A DNA stretch of 64,000 nt from Patescibacteria group bacterium (lineage in GTDB: Bacteria; Patescibacteriota; Patescibacteriia; UBA1558; GWA2-36-10): assembly GCA_028718865.1 (NCBI GenBank), contig JAQUKX010000003.1, forward strand, positions 33,214 through 97,213. Reading direction: 5' to 3'. The number at the start of each line of letters is the position of its first letter. The stretch's first letter is position 1. This document shows positions 29,077-39,248 of the stretch, piece by piece. The notes under the pieces were generated by a model that worked only from the letters and a program-made list of their open reading frames with translations, did not search any database and was not told the DNA's origin. Made by a program: the position numbers and the translations under genes.

Positions 29077-29285
29077 ATACAACAGACCAGCGTATGCGAC
29101 GTCCCGAAACGAGCGGGGCGCTATACTTACGGCGGAGCCGAGCGCCCAAGCGAGTAAGGGATGTAGGCGTAAGCTTACACTTCTATAGGTTAAAATTAAA
29201 AGTGCCTAAGCTAATTTAAGCACTTTTAACTATAAATTTCAAATGTAGTATAGGTGTAAGCTAAGCTGCATACGCGGTGTTGTGT
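29077..29285 (-). repeat. attC-like site, long non-coding type
   Basis: atacaac...gcgtatgc / gcatacgc...gttgtgt. Confidence 0.85.
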
Positions 29286-29430
29286 GATGTCGTGTTTTCC
29301 CTTATTTTAAGGGGATTTTAATTATTGACAAAATAACTAAAATATGCTATTATTATATGTTATGTGGCGCCGATGCCGTAACCCCCGCCTCAGGGATTGA
29401 GGTATATACTTCTCAGGAGGTTACTACACC

Positions 29431-29853
29431 ATGAAGCGCATGACCTACGTTCTTTCGATCGTGATCCTGCTGATCTCGTCCATGGCCTTCGCGGCCAGCC
29501 ACCCCATCGTCAACAAGGACGACACCGCCAAGGTTCCGAGCTGGGACTGGGTCGACGTCCTGAACCAGGAAGTCGTCTACAGCGGCAACAACGAGTTCAC
29601 CTACGGCGAGACCTGCGGCATCGAGTGCGGCGGCACCGTGACCGTCATCGGCGAGGTCGACGAGGGCAACGTCCTGGTACGCTACACCAGTCCCCATGGC
29701 CAGACCTACGGTACGCCTTGTCCCTCCGGCATCATCTTCCAGCTCTCCAAGGAGCGCTTCACGCTGATGACGGCGGAGTACCTGGCCAACATGAAGGCCG
29801 AGCAGGAGCACCGGCAGAAGATCGCCAACATCATCAAGGAAGCCGAAGGCTAG
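29431..29853 (+). CDS. GC-rich secreted hypothetical protein (cassette, reverse orientation)
   Basis: Signal peptide; promoter TTGACA(29325)-17-TATTAT; SD AGGAGG. Confidence 0.78.
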   Translation: MKRMTYVLSIVILLISSMAFAASHPIVNKDDTAKVPSWDWVDVLNQEVVYSGNNEFTYGETCGIECGGTVTVIGEVDEGNVLVRYTSPHGQTYGTPCPSGIIFQLSKERFTLMTAEYLANMKAEQEHRQKIANIIKEAEG

Positions 29854-29963
29854 GCCATCGGCGCCAGACCTGAGCAAGTCATAAAACTGCTCACTCTTTT
29901 TTTACTCAAAAATAAAATAACCTCGTAAGAGATTATTTATATAGAAAGGGGAAACACGATTTC

Positions 29964-30055
29964 ACATAACATCGGGATTAAGGGAAGTTGCGACCGCAGG
30001 GAGCAATTTGGGAAAATGCCGAGCTGAGGCATTTTCCGTTTAAGCCCTGTTATAC
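29964..30055 (-). repeat. attC-like site, short type (92 bp)
   Basis: acataac...gttatac; same layout as 23238-23323. Confidence 0.75.
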
Positions 30056-30126
30056 GCCCCGACGACTGAAAGGAGGAGAGCGCAGCGTGGTTCGACCGAA
30101 GGGAGAAAGTCCGCCGTAGCCCGCCG

Positions 30127-30609
30127 TTAAAGCGCAGAAATTTTGTCTGGAAGATGGTCAATTCCGCCAAATTCTTTAATGGGAATAGATGTTATTTTTT
30201 TCTTAATCTCAGGTTTTACATGAGTGATAGTCATTTCATCTATTCCGCCGATAGATTCGCAGTCATCTTCAATTAGAACATCCGGAATAATTCTTTCTGC
30301 GACATCTTTGTATTCTTCATTTTTTTGGCGGAATAGTAATTGACCATCTGGAAACTTAAATTTCTTGAGAACATTTTGTATTTGCTGGATTTCTTCCGGT
30401 TTTCTGCGAGAAGTCAAATACAAAATTTCTGCGCCATCATTTTTCCAATTCTGCAATTTTTTAACCGCATTACCAACAGGAACATATGACTTATAATCAT
30501 GCACAGATTCTTCTTTATTTTCAACTTGTTTGACAATTTCATTGCGAGTATGACCTACTGCATTTTTGTGCATGATTATTGTTCCCTCTGTAAAGATTAG
30601 TATTCTCAT
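30127..30609 (-). CDS. HAD-like hypothetical protein (cassette)
   Basis: IFTEGTI, YLTSRR and LIEDD motifs resemble HAD motifs I, II and IV. Confidence 0.65.
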   Translation of the reverse strand: MRILIFTEGTIIMHKNAVGHTRNEIVKQVENKEESVHDYKSYVPVGNAVKKLQNWKNDGAEILYLTSRRKPEEIQQIQNVLKKFKFPDGQLLFRQKNEEYKDVAERIIPDVLIEDDCESIGGIDEMTITHVKPEIKKKITSIPIKEFGGIDHLPDKISAL

Positions 30610-30667
30610 ATTATTAGTTAAAAAATTGCTTTATATAAAAGTATCGAGGCGGGCGGAGGCGGATTGC

Positions 30668-30878
30668 GTATAACAGACAAGCGTATGCGACGTCCCGAAA
30701 CGAGCCTTGCGGTAAAATAGTGCGGAAGCACACCGCAAAGGCGAGTAAGGGATGTAGGCGTAAGCTTACACCTATTATATAGGTAAAATTAAAAGTGCCT
30801 AAGCTAATTTAAGCACTTTTAACTATAAATTTCAAATGTAGTATGGGTGTAAGCTAAGCCGCATACGCGGTGATAGAT
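30668..30878 (-). repeat. attC-like site, long non-coding type
   Basis: gtataac...gcgtatgcg / cgcatacgc...gatagat. Confidence 0.85.
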
Positions 30879-30967
30879 GATGTACATTTTTCCTTAATTT
30901 TTGTATTTTTAAAAGTAGAATTTGATTTTTATAAAAAATTAGAGGCCCAGTTAAGAGCCTCTAATTT

Positions 30968-31159
30968 TTAGCGCGTTCTTCTACCAGCTCTGATCTCCTG
31001 ACAGTTTTTACACAGTCTTCTGCCTCCAGTTCCGCGTCTTAATTTATCCCTTTCAATGTTGTTTCCCAGGACACAATCTGAATAGATGTGATATACCTCC
31101 TGATCAACTGAATGATAGGGCATAGATGGTCTAGCCATTTTGGTTAAACCTTTCACCAT
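30968..31159 (-). CDS. Small Cys/His protein (cassette)
   Basis: YH...YH...C...LCKNC possible metal-binding pattern; start may be ATG 31138. Confidence 0.55.
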   Translation of the reverse strand: MVKGLTKMARPSMPYHSVDQEVYHIYSDCVLGNNIERDKLRRGTGGRRLCKNCQEIRAGRRTR

Positions 31160-31456
31160 CCTGATCTAGAATTCCAGTTTTCTAAATCAGGATGGCGTTT
31201 ATCCTAGTTGTTAACAACTAAGCTGGACATTTGACCTATTATCATTTAGAATGACAATAGGGTACTAGCATCTGGAAATGCTAGGTCCAATAAATTATAT
31301 CTCCAAAAAGGTTCCAATATCTGGAGCCTTTTTGGCTATTTTCAGTCTAACATGCTAGAAATTTTTTGTCAAATTTTGCGATTAACAAAAAGTTATTATT
31401 CATTTGTTATTCACTAGATATTGACAAATTTGAAACATATGCTATACTTATGACAT

Positions 31457-31849
31457 ATGGATAAAAAAAGTTTAAATTTACAAAAATTTCCTGGTAAAGG
31501 AACTAAGATTAGTAGAAAAATTAGTATTACAAAGTCTAATTCCTTTGGAATACCCCCTACTTTTTATAAAGAAAACGATCTAGACAGTTATGATTATGCT
31601 AATTTGTATTATGACCCAGGTAATAAAATCATAGGACTGGAATTTTCTAACAATAGTGAGCCTGGTTCATTTAAGTTAACTAGGCATGGAACTGGAGATA
31701 AAACTAGTGCTAGTTTTGTCGCCCGTTCGTTTTTTAAGACGTATAATATAGATTCTAAAAAGTATTATGGAAGATATTCTCCAGACGATATTATGCAAGA
31801 TGGAAATAAGATTTTTTTGATAGAAATTAAAGAAAGGGACGATAGTTAA
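31457..31849 (+). CDS. Cassette hypothetical protein, probably leaderless
   Basis: TTGACA(31421)-16-TATACT 8 nt before the ATG. Confidence 0.7.
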   Translation: MDKKSLNLQKFPGKGTKISRKISITKSNSFGIPPTFYKENDLDSYDYANLYYDPGNKIIGLEFSNNSEPGSFKLTRHGTGDKTSASFVARSFFKTYNIDSKKYYGRYSPDDIMQDGNKIFLIEIKERDDS

Positions 31850-31974
31850 TCTAAATTTGTGACAAAAAATTTCGTCAAATGACGGAGTTTTTTATTTGTT
31901 AAAATAAATAAAAATCAAATTCTTGTGATTACCAAAAAAGCTGGTTAAAAACCAGCAAAGGAAAAATGTATTTC

Positions 31975-32709
31975 ATCTATCAGACAAGCGTATGCGAAGT
32001 CGTGATTGAGCGAATATGATAAAATTATTTGAAATCATATTCGCGAAAGAACGATTTGGGTGAGCGGACGTTAAGAATAAAATATTTATTTTATGATTTG
32101 TTCTATTAATTCAGGAAATTTTTCAGTACCCATATCACCAATAACATAATGTCCATGATTTTTTAGGTCTACAATTTCCCCACCTAATGCTTCATGAAAA
32201 ATTTTTAAACTTTCTTTTCCTTCTGGCTCTTCATTATCAGAGGTAAACATTACTACTTTATTTATGCTATCCTTAATTGATTTATCTATATCATAAGTAT
32301 AAAACTTTTTTCTACCTTCATCATTTCCATCTGGTATTTTCCATGGAGCTACTAAAATTAGTTTAAAAATTTTCTTCTTTGTTTCTCCAAGCCAACGAAC
32401 TAAAAAAGCACAACCACAGCTATGCCCTATTAGGATAGTGTTTTCATCAACTGTATATTTTTCAAATTCCTCTTTAAATTTTTCATAATTTGGGCTCCAA
32501 GGTTCTGGCATTAGGGGAGTCTCTGTTGGAATATTGTTTTGAGAGAGTTGTTTTTTTGTCCATGGTATCCAATGTTTATCATGGGTTCTTTTCTCTGGAT
32601 CCATAGCCTTTTCAATATTAGAGGGACATCCATGGATTATAATACATTTTAAATTTGTCATAAAATAAATATTTTATTTAGTCCGCGAACCGCATGCGCG
32701 GTGTTGTGT
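31975..32709 (-). repeat. attC-like site carrying a hydrolase gene in arm 2
   Basis: Perfect 21-bp IR 32076-32096/32658-32678 closing the gene. Confidence 0.85.
32086..32661 (-). CDS. RBBP9/YdeN-family alpha/beta hydrolase
   Basis: IIHG, HWIPW, GHSCG nucleophile elbow and catalytic GH. Confidence 0.88.
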   Translation of the reverse strand: MTNLKCIIIHGCPSNIEKAMDPEKRTHDKHWIPWTKKQLSQNNIPTETPLMPEPWSPNYEKFKEEFEKYTVDENTILIGHSCGCAFLVRWLGETKKKIFKLILVAPWKIPDGNDEGRKKFYTYDIDKSIKDSINKVVMFTSDNEEPEGKESLKIFHEALGGEIVDLKNHGHYVIGDMGTEKFPELIEQIIK

Positions 32710-32732
32710 GATGTTTAAATCGGCCAGAATAT

Positions 32733-33473
32733 TTAACTGAGATTTGCAAGTCTATAGCCTCCATCAATAGTAAGAACTTCGGCACAGACGGCGTCATTTT
32801 TTATTAGAAATACTATTGCATCCGCAATTTCTTCTGGTTGTATCATTCTTTTGATTAAATGCACTGAACCAAGTTTTTTTTGTTCTGCTGCCGTTGGATT
32901 ATCCCACATAGACGTAGCAACTCGTCCAGGAGCTATGGCATTAACTAAAATTTGTGGTGCCAATTTTTTCGCTAAATTCTTAGTGTAATTTTCTAAAGCT
33001 GCTTTAAAAGCAGCGTAGGCAATCGCTGTTGGTCTTCCATATCCAAGCCGGCCATGAATAGAGGATATATTAATAATTTTTCCTTGCCGCATAATATTAA
33101 GAGCGTATTTTGTTACCATAAAAGCTCCAAGCAAATTATTTCTAAATATATTTTCAAATACTTGAATGTTAGTATGATTATCATTTTCATCAAAAATTCC
33201 AGCATTATTTACTAATATATGAAGTGAGGAAAAATTTTTTTTGATTTGTGTAATCATTTTTTTAATATCATCCTCATTTGTAATATCAGCTTTAATAGCA
33301 ATATTGTGTTTTGAATAAATATTGCATTTAGCTAATACTTTATCAGCAGATTTTTTATCTGTTTTATAGTTAATAATCACCGAACAACCTTCTTTAGCTA
33401 AAGCGATTGCCGTAGCGGCACCCATACCTTTTGATGCTCCTGTGATTAGAGCTACTTTATTTTGTGTTTTCAT
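32733..33473 (-). CDS. SDR-family oxidoreductase (cassette)
   Basis: TGASKGMG, NNAG and YAAFK motifs. Confidence 0.93.
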   Translation of the reverse strand: MKTQNKVALITGASKGMGAATAIALAKEGCSVIINYKTDKKSADKVLAKCNIYSKHNIAIKADITNEDDIKKMITQIKKNFSSLHILVNNAGIFDENDNHTNIQVFENIFRNNLLGAFMVTKYALNIMRQGKIINISSIHGRLGYGRPTAIAYAAFKAALENYTKNLAKKLAPQILVNAIAPGRVATSMWDNPTAAEQKKLGSVHLIKRMIQPEEIADAIVFLIKNDAVCAEVLTIDGGYRLANLS

Positions 33474-33502
33474 AAGATTATTGTAAGGCCGATTTAAATT
33501 TC

Positions 33503-34220
33503 ACATAACAGACAAGCGTATGCGACGTCCCGAAACGAGCTTTGCGGTATAATTGTGCGGAGCACACCGCAAAGGCGAGTAAGGGATGTAGGTGAAGACA
33601 AAAACAGAAAAGCTAATCTAATTTCTTAATAGCATTTTCATACCACGGCCGAGCAATTTGTTTAGCTTTTTCAGATGTTATTCTATTAAACATCCAGTCA
33701 AATTTACCTCTTATTTTTTCTTTACCATCTTGCTTTACTAAGACAGTTAAAAAATGATCAATTTGATTTTCAAGAAAGCTTAGACTATCGGCATCTTTAA
33801 TTAGATTTTGTTCATCATTTCCACCTTCTTCATGTCTAGAAACAAGCATTTTCACTTTAGCTATTATTTGGTCATCAGCATTTTGTTTCTTTAAAAACTC
33901 TGCTATTACCTCCGCACCCCTTTCTTCATGAGGTCGCAAAATTTCAGTAGCAGTATAGCTAAGCTTTTCTATATTTTCCATTACATCATTTTGTCTGAAA
34001 GCTCTTTCTATATCATGAGCGACTGCGGCTATTTGCATAGCTTCATCAGCCTGAGGATCTAATTCTTTTAGCCAATAGACTGTTCTTAAAAAATGCTTAA
34101 TCCCTTGGGGCTTATTGGCTTTGTTGAAAGAATCAATAACAAATTGCTCGGCTTTTTTGTATAATTTATTATCCATAATATTTAACTGTTTTTGTCTGAA
34201 CCGCATACGCGGTGTTAGGC
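33503..34220 (-). repeat. attC-like site carrying an HD-domain gene in arm 2
   Basis: IR agacaaaaacag / ctgtttttgtct; canonical gttaggc core. Confidence 0.85.
33613..34176 (-). CDS. HD-domain / DUF4202-like protein
   Basis: H...AHDIER...H...RHE...DADSLSF; start MDNKLY at 34176. Confidence 0.8.
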   Translation of the reverse strand: MDNKLYKKAEQFVIDSFNKANKPQGIKHFLRTVYWLKELDPQADEAMQIAAVAHDIERAFRQNDVMENIEKLSYTATEILRPHEERGAEVIAEFLKKQNADDQIIAKVKMLVSRHEEGGNDEQNLIKDADSLSFLENQIDHFLTVLVKQDGKEKIRGKFDWMFNRITSEKAKQIARPWYENAIKKLD

Positions 34221-34868
34221 GATGAATGTGGCGTTAATAATCATTGTTATAGTTATTGAAAAAGTTGTAAGAATAATAAAAATTCCGAAATGTTTGAAAG
34301 CCCTAGAAAGACGATAGTTAGTTGCGGATTTCAATATATCATACACACATTCATATTCACATATTTTATCAAAATGGTTTTTATTTTTATATTTTGTGGA
34401 GCACGTGGTTAAAAAAGATTTATGATATTTTTTCATATTTAAATAATCTTCAAATATTGGTAGGTCAAAAAAATCATCCACTACAGTAGGTAAGTTTATG
34501 TCAATATTATGACTACCAATGTCAAATTGTACTTGTGGGTTCTTTAATTCCCCCATTATAGCCTCTCCATTTAGTAGTTTAGTAAAACTACTTCTTTTTA
34601 AAAATGGCCACCTTCTCCATCGTTTTTCTTTTTTTATGTCATCATAAAATATGGATAAATTTTCTTTGAACCGTTCAATTTTATCTCTTTCCCATAAATC
34701 GGCTAATGTTATTAGGGCAATACCCAAACCCACAATAATAGAGCTAGAGGCTATGATATTATTTATTTCGGAATTTTTACTAATTAAAAGGTCTATTAAA
34801 AATATGGCAGTTAAAATTCCAGATATTTTTGCAATTAAATTTAATTTCATATATTTTGTATTTACCAC
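34215..34868 (-). CDS. Cassette membrane protein
   Basis: Stop codon lies within the GCCTAAC inverse core, as in integron cassettes. Confidence 0.72.
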   Translation of the reverse strand: MVNTKYMKLNLIAKISGILTAIFLIDLLISKNSEINNIIASSSIIVGLGIALITLADLWERDKIERFKENLSIFYDDIKKEKRWRRWPFLKRSSFTKLLNGEAIMGELKNPQVQFDIGSHNIDINLPTVVDDFFDLPIFEDYLNMKKYHKSFLTTCSTKYKNKNHFDKICEYECVYDILKSATNYRLSRAFKHFGIFIILTTFSITITMIINATFIA

Positions 34869-34875
34869 ATTTTTC

Positions 34876-35528
34876 GCCTAACAGCGCGGGTAGCTGAAGT
34901 TCCGCCCTGTTCGATTATTCTATTATTATAGCGCGAAGTGGGGGCGAAGCACTAGATAGTGCAGCAAGAATGGGCGGAATTTGGGCGGAGCCTATACATA
35001 TTTAACACTAATAAGTGCAACAACATCTAGGGCAGGTACAATTTTCAGGTGGCAAGGGTTGTTTTTGTATCGCTTCATCGATATTATATTCCTTTCCATC
35101 AAGTTTTTTACAAGCATCACAGCAATCATCTGTACAAGTAATAATAACTATTGAACACCCACTTTTTTTATATTCAAGTAAATCATAATAAAGTCTTTTT
35201 TGAGTGGTCTTGTTTGATTTTTTACCCTCTGACTCAAGTATTCTTTCCATTTGATAATAAAGAGCTCTAATATTTCTAGTATTACCTGATTGCATATTTT
35301 TTAAAATATATTCATTACATATAGACCATATTGTGTCATTTAAATTTACACTTTTTTGTCGGCGAGCAAAAACAACCTGTTCCGTGATTCCGCAGGTGTC
35401 GCCGACTGCAGATAGGAACTTGTTAACGGGTGTTTTTTCACCACGTACCCATTCTATCTTTTGCTTGTTTTTGAAAAACATTTAAGTGTTAAATATGTAT
35501 TGGCGTAGCCAGGTACCCGCTGTTGTGC
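34876..35528 (-). repeat. attC-like site carrying gene 35008-35481 in arm 2
   Basis: gcgggta / tacccgc stem; IR atacatatttaacact / agtgttaaatatgtat. Confidence 0.83.
35008..35481 (-). CDS. Hypothetical protein with Cys-rich C-terminus
   Basis: CCDACKKLDG...PLP..CTCPRCCC, similar to the C-terminus of phage minor-head proteins. Confidence 0.65.
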   Translation of the reverse strand: MFFKNKQKIEWVRGEKTPVNKFLSAVGDTCGITEQVVFARRQKSVNLNDTIWSICNEYILKNMQSGNTRNIRALYYQMERILESEGKKSNKTTQKRLYYDLLEYKKSGCSIVIITCTDDCCDACKKLDGKEYNIDEAIQKQPLPPENCTCPRCCCTY

Positions 35529-35582
35529 GATGTTCTCTTTTGTGAAAAAAATCTAATATAATTTTGGCACTTTTTATCCGTT

Positions 35583-36383
35583 TTAATATTGTTCAAGAAT
35601 TTCTATGTTCTCACCATCAATAGAAACTTTGGCTTTTATTGTATTTTTCACAGTTCCGCCAAAAGCATTTTTTCCTCTAAATGTTGTATTAACAATAAGA
35701 TGATTTTTCATGTCCCAATAAGTCGTTTCTACATGTTCATAGCTTTTAGGGTCATTCATTGCATTTTTTATCAATTTTGTAAGTTGAATGTGAGAGCCGT
35801 CCCAAGCACTAAATTGTTTTTCAATCATTTTTTTTCTTGCCTCCGCCTCTTCTTCAGCCTTTTTTCTTTCATACTCAACTAATTCTTTCTCAGTGAAAAT
35901 ACGATTGACTATTATTTTTTGTTCGGATTGTCCATTGCTATTTGAAACTTTTAAAGTAAAGGTATTTTTTTCGTCTGATAATTTTGCAGCATAGCTGAAT
36001 GTTCCATTTTCTGTTTTTATTACTACCCCGTTTATGTCAAGTATCGCATCTTTTGGATCAATAGTACCTTTTATGGTCGTTTCACTAGCTTGAATAGCAA
36101 ATCCTTCATTTGGCTCGGTAATCGCCAAGCTGGGGGTTCTGTTGAGGTGAGAATAAAGTCCGAGGAGTACGACGAAAAGCACAATTGCTAAAACAGTACC
36201 AATATATTTTTTCTTTTTATTCAATTTTGATTTTTTCCAAATATACCAAGTGAGAATTACAGGGATTGATATATACCAAATCCCTATAGCGAGAATAACC
36301 AAAAAGGCTTTTCCGATCCATTTTAGAATTTTTTTATCTTTATCACCAACGGAAGCTGGCGATTGTTCGTTTGGACTTGTCAT
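35583..36383 (-). CDS. Membrane protein with Ig-like domain (cassette)
   Basis: Two to three TM helices, Ig-like segment, MNDPKSYEH...FRGKNAFGG C-terminal domain. Confidence 0.75.
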   Translation of the reverse strand: MTSPNEQSPASVGDKDKKILKWIGKAFLVILAIGIWYISIPVILTWYIWKKSKLNKKKKYIGTVLAIVLFVVLLGLYSHLNRTPSLAITEPNEGFAIQASETTIKGTIDPKDAILDINGVVIKTENGTFSYAAKLSDEKNTFTLKVSNSNGQSEQKIIVNRIFTEKELVEYERKKAEEEAEARKKMIEKQFSAWDGSHIQLTKLIKNAMNDPKSYEHVETTYWDMKNHLIVNTTFRGKNAFGGTVKNTIKAKVSIDGENIEILEQY

Positions 36384-36460
36384 AGTTTTACTTATTATAA
36401 TTAATAATAAAAAGTGCCAAAATTATCCTTTATCTTTATTTTTTCACAAAAGATAATTTC

Positions 36461-36653
36461 GCACAACAGTCGTGCATACGCGAAGTCGCGAGTGAAAGTG
36501 GCGGTGGTAAAATTACGAGCGAAGCGAGGAGACCACCGACACGAAACGAGCGATTTGCGCGAGCTTAATATCTACTTTTTAAATTGCAGAAAAATATTCT
36601 TTTACTTGAAACATTTTTGATACTACTGGCTTGCCGCGTATGCTGTGTTAGCT
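36461..36653 (-). repeat. attC-like site, gene-free
   Basis: Covarying stem gcatacgcg / cgcgtatgc. Confidence 0.8.
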
Positions 36654-36680
36654 GATGTAGCGAAAAGCAGACTATGTTTC

Positions 36681-37736
36681 CTATTCAGTCTCTTCTGGAG
36701 TCGAGTCTTCCAAGTATCTATCACATTCTGTGGCAATCAGTTCACGTAGATTTGAGGTTGTATCTTTGTCGAAGTTGAGGCGCGCTTTGTTGTGAATGGC
36801 AGTCAAAGGACGTAATGTCTCGGTCGTTTTTGATAGCCCAAATCCTTCGGCATCGCCTAGCATAGTAAGGCGACCGCGCTTGATGTATGACTTGAGCATT
36901 TTTATTGCGGTTTCATCATCATACGAATCTATAATAGTTCGGATAGCATGCTGTGTTTCATTCCAGTCCTCGGAGCGACGCAGTTCCTCGATGCCGATGC
37001 TCATGGTAAAGTCGAGAAGATCAGTCGTCTTTTTATCAATCTCGCTGGTTTGCTTTTCTTTGTTATAGACTATATCAGGAATGTTGAGTACTGGTTCCGA
37101 AACGTCGACACCCTCTTTTTTTCTGAAGATAATGTCACTCGGCAGCACTTCCCCAATTGCTCCATATTCATCGTGGATGTTACGGATGTAGCGAGCCGAC
37201 TGGGCAAGTGCTTCAAAACGGTCAATCTCATCAAGGTCGTCGCCCTCAATCATATCTGAGCGAAAAATATCTTGAAGGGGTCGGCTCGCGCGGTAGATAT
37301 CGGGATCTTTGATCTCGATGCCCCATTCATGCGAAGCATACTCATTTTCGAGTCCAAGACGTTTCGCGTTTTCAGCTATTTCCTCTGGTGTACCTCGGTA
37401 ACGTTTCGTACCCGGAGCCAAGAATCTGAAAAACCAGCGAGGATGTTTCTTAAGCATTTCCACTGGGTTTTTGACCGTGTGTTCGTCATAGGTACGAAGA
37501 ACTGCGTCGCCCATCCGATCAACTTTCGAAATCATACCGCGCATGTCAAATACCATGCGGTCGCCATCATAGTTTACTTTTCCTCCGTATACACCAACGG
37601 TACTTTCATAGCCAAGCGCCTCCTTGGTTGGAAGATGAGACTCCTGCATTTTTTCTTGAACGCGAGAACGAACACTATCAAGTATTCCTTTTTTCTCGGG
37701 TTCGTTTGGTACGGGAGCTTGTTCAAATTTATTCAT
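36681..37736 (-). CDS. Cassette hypothetical protein (possibly divergent kinase-like fold)
   Basis: 351-aa ORF fills the cassette; IH..YGAIGEVLPSDIIF loosely resembles a kinase catalytic loop. Confidence 0.65.
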   Translation of the reverse strand: MNKFEQAPVPNEPEKKGILDSVRSRVQEKMQESHLPTKEALGYESTVGVYGGKVNYDGDRMVFDMRGMISKVDRMGDAVLRTYDEHTVKNPVEMLKKHPRWFFRFLAPGTKRYRGTPEEIAENAKRLGLENEYASHEWGIEIKDPDIYRASRPLQDIFRSDMIEGDDLDEIDRFEALAQSARYIRNIHDEYGAIGEVLPSDIIFRKKEGVDVSEPVLNIPDIVYNKEKQTSEIDKKTTDLLDFTMSIGIEELRRSEDWNETQHAIRTIIDSYDDETAIKMLKSYIKRGRLTMLGDAEGFGLSKTTETLRPLTAIHNKARLNFDKDTTSNLRELIATECDRYLEDSTPEETE

Positions 37737-37767
37737 ACAATTTTATTTAGTTGCTTTTCGCTATTTC

Positions 37768-38194
37768 AGCTAACAGGCCAGCGTATGCGAAGTCGTGATT
37801 GAGCCTATGTGGTAGAATTCGCGAAGCGACCACGTAGGCGAAAGAACGATTTGGGTGAGCGAGCTAAGACCAACGATTATTTTTATATTCTCTAACTCTT
37901 TTAATAAATTCTTGTATATCATCTTTATGAATTAGTAATTCATGGTACTCGCTAGGATCCCCTTGAAAACGTAAATCGTCACCTAGACTTGGGTATCCTT
38001 CAATTTTTCCATTCACATAACGACTAGCGTATTGTGATTGTTGTCGCAGTAGATCAAGAGCAATATCGCCAAAATGTACATATCCATTTTCATCAACATC
38101 AAATAGTTTACCCTCAATTTCTATTTGATCTTTAGGTTGTTCAAATTTCATATTTTTTATTGTTAGCTCGCGAACCGCATACGCGGTGTTGTGC
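37768..38194 (-). repeat. attC-like site carrying gene 37864-38151 in arm 2
   Basis: gcgagctaa / ttagctcgc closes the gene. Confidence 0.83.
37864..38151 (-). CDS. Hypothetical protein inside an att site
   Basis: ORF fills the loop; stop codon lies in the IR. Confidence 0.7.
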   Translation of the reverse strand: MKFEQPKDQIEIEGKLFDVDENGYVHFGDIALDLLRQQSQYASRYVNGKIEGYPSLGDDLRFQGDPSEYHELLIHKDDIQEFIKRVREYKNNRWS

Positions 38195-38331
38195 GCTGTC
38201 AGATGTATTGAATTTTAAAAATTTGCAGCTCTTGACATATTATTAGATATATTATATTATAATATATCGGCTTTAATGGCCGAAACCCAGCTACGAGGCG
38301 GTCGTAGCAGTTCTTTCAAAGGAGTTGTCAC

Positions 38332-38859
38332 ATGACGGCCAAGAATGCTGTCGCCGACGATGTCCTCGGACGGATCACTCGTAAGCTTCTGGACTTGTTG
38401 CGTCGAATCCTTGAGGGTTCGGTGGAAACCACTCGGGCCTCATTCTTCATCCAGCGTGCAATCGAGAATCCGCCGACCCCCAAGACCCCCGGTCCGGGAG
38501 AAGCGGGCATCTACGTACTCGAGAGCTACTGGTGCTACGACAAGGCGAACTACGATTTCGCTACGATCAGCTTGGAGTGGGGTGGTGAGCCTACTTGGTT
38601 TTTCGAAGATCTTCTCAAGGAAGACATCTCGGAGGACGCTAGGGGCTTTTTGCTGCGCACGCTTCGGCGGATTTACGAAGCGCAGATCCCAGATCATGGT
38701 CGGCGGAGGATGATGCGGCTCTATCGCGTCTCTTACCGCAATTGTCTGGGAAATTTCGAGGGTTCTCTGGGTCGTCCACTTCGTGACCTTCATTTCTCGC
38801 TTGAGCCTGTTTGTGAGTTCGACGAACAAGGCGAACCCCTTCCCGTCGGAACACTGTAG
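38332..38859 (+). CDS. GC-rich cassette hypothetical protein (reverse orientation)
   Basis: Promoter TTGACA(38232)-17-TATTAT; SD AAGGAG; terminator-like hairpin at ~38889-38921. Confidence 0.75.
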   Translation: MTAKNAVADDVLGRITRKLLDLLRRILEGSVETTRASFFIQRAIENPPTPKTPGPGEAGIYVLESYWCYDKANYDFATISLEWGGEPTWFFEDLLKEDISEDARGFLLRTLRRIYEAQIPDHGRRRMMRLYRVSYRNCLGNFEGSLGRPLRDLHFSLEPVCEFDEQGEPLPVGTL

Positions 38860-38964
38860 TCTCAAGTACAAGGCAACATGATATCGTTCCCGCCGAGTAG
38901 CGTAAGCAAAAGGCGGGTTTTTTATTTGTATAAAATTTTAGATTAAGAAAATACATCTGATTGC

Positions 38965-39171
38965 GTACAACAGTCAGGCGTATGCGATGTCCCGAACGAG
39001 CTTTGCGGTAAAATAGTGCGGAGCACACCGCAAAGGCGAGTGAGGGATGTAGGCTAAAGCTTACACCTATTATATAGTAAAATTAAAAGTGCCTAAGCTA
39101 ATTTAAGCACTTTTATTCTTTCTTTACAAGCAAACTCTAGTGTGAGCTTAGCCGCATACGCGGTGTTGTGT
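38965..39171 (-). repeat. attC-like site, long non-coding type
   Basis: gtacaac...gttgtgt; arms shared with site 27321. Confidence 0.85.
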
Positions 39172-39248
39172 GAAGTACATGTTTTCCTTAGAAATTGTTT
39201 TATCAAATTTACTAGAAAATCCGATTTTGTTTTTAAAGATAGGTTATT

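Noticed and set aside
38170-38194. Resemblance of gcgtatgcggttc to group II intron domain V
   Set aside because: Only a short match, with no AGC triad helix or domain VI; the sequence pairs with the partner half of the att site instead
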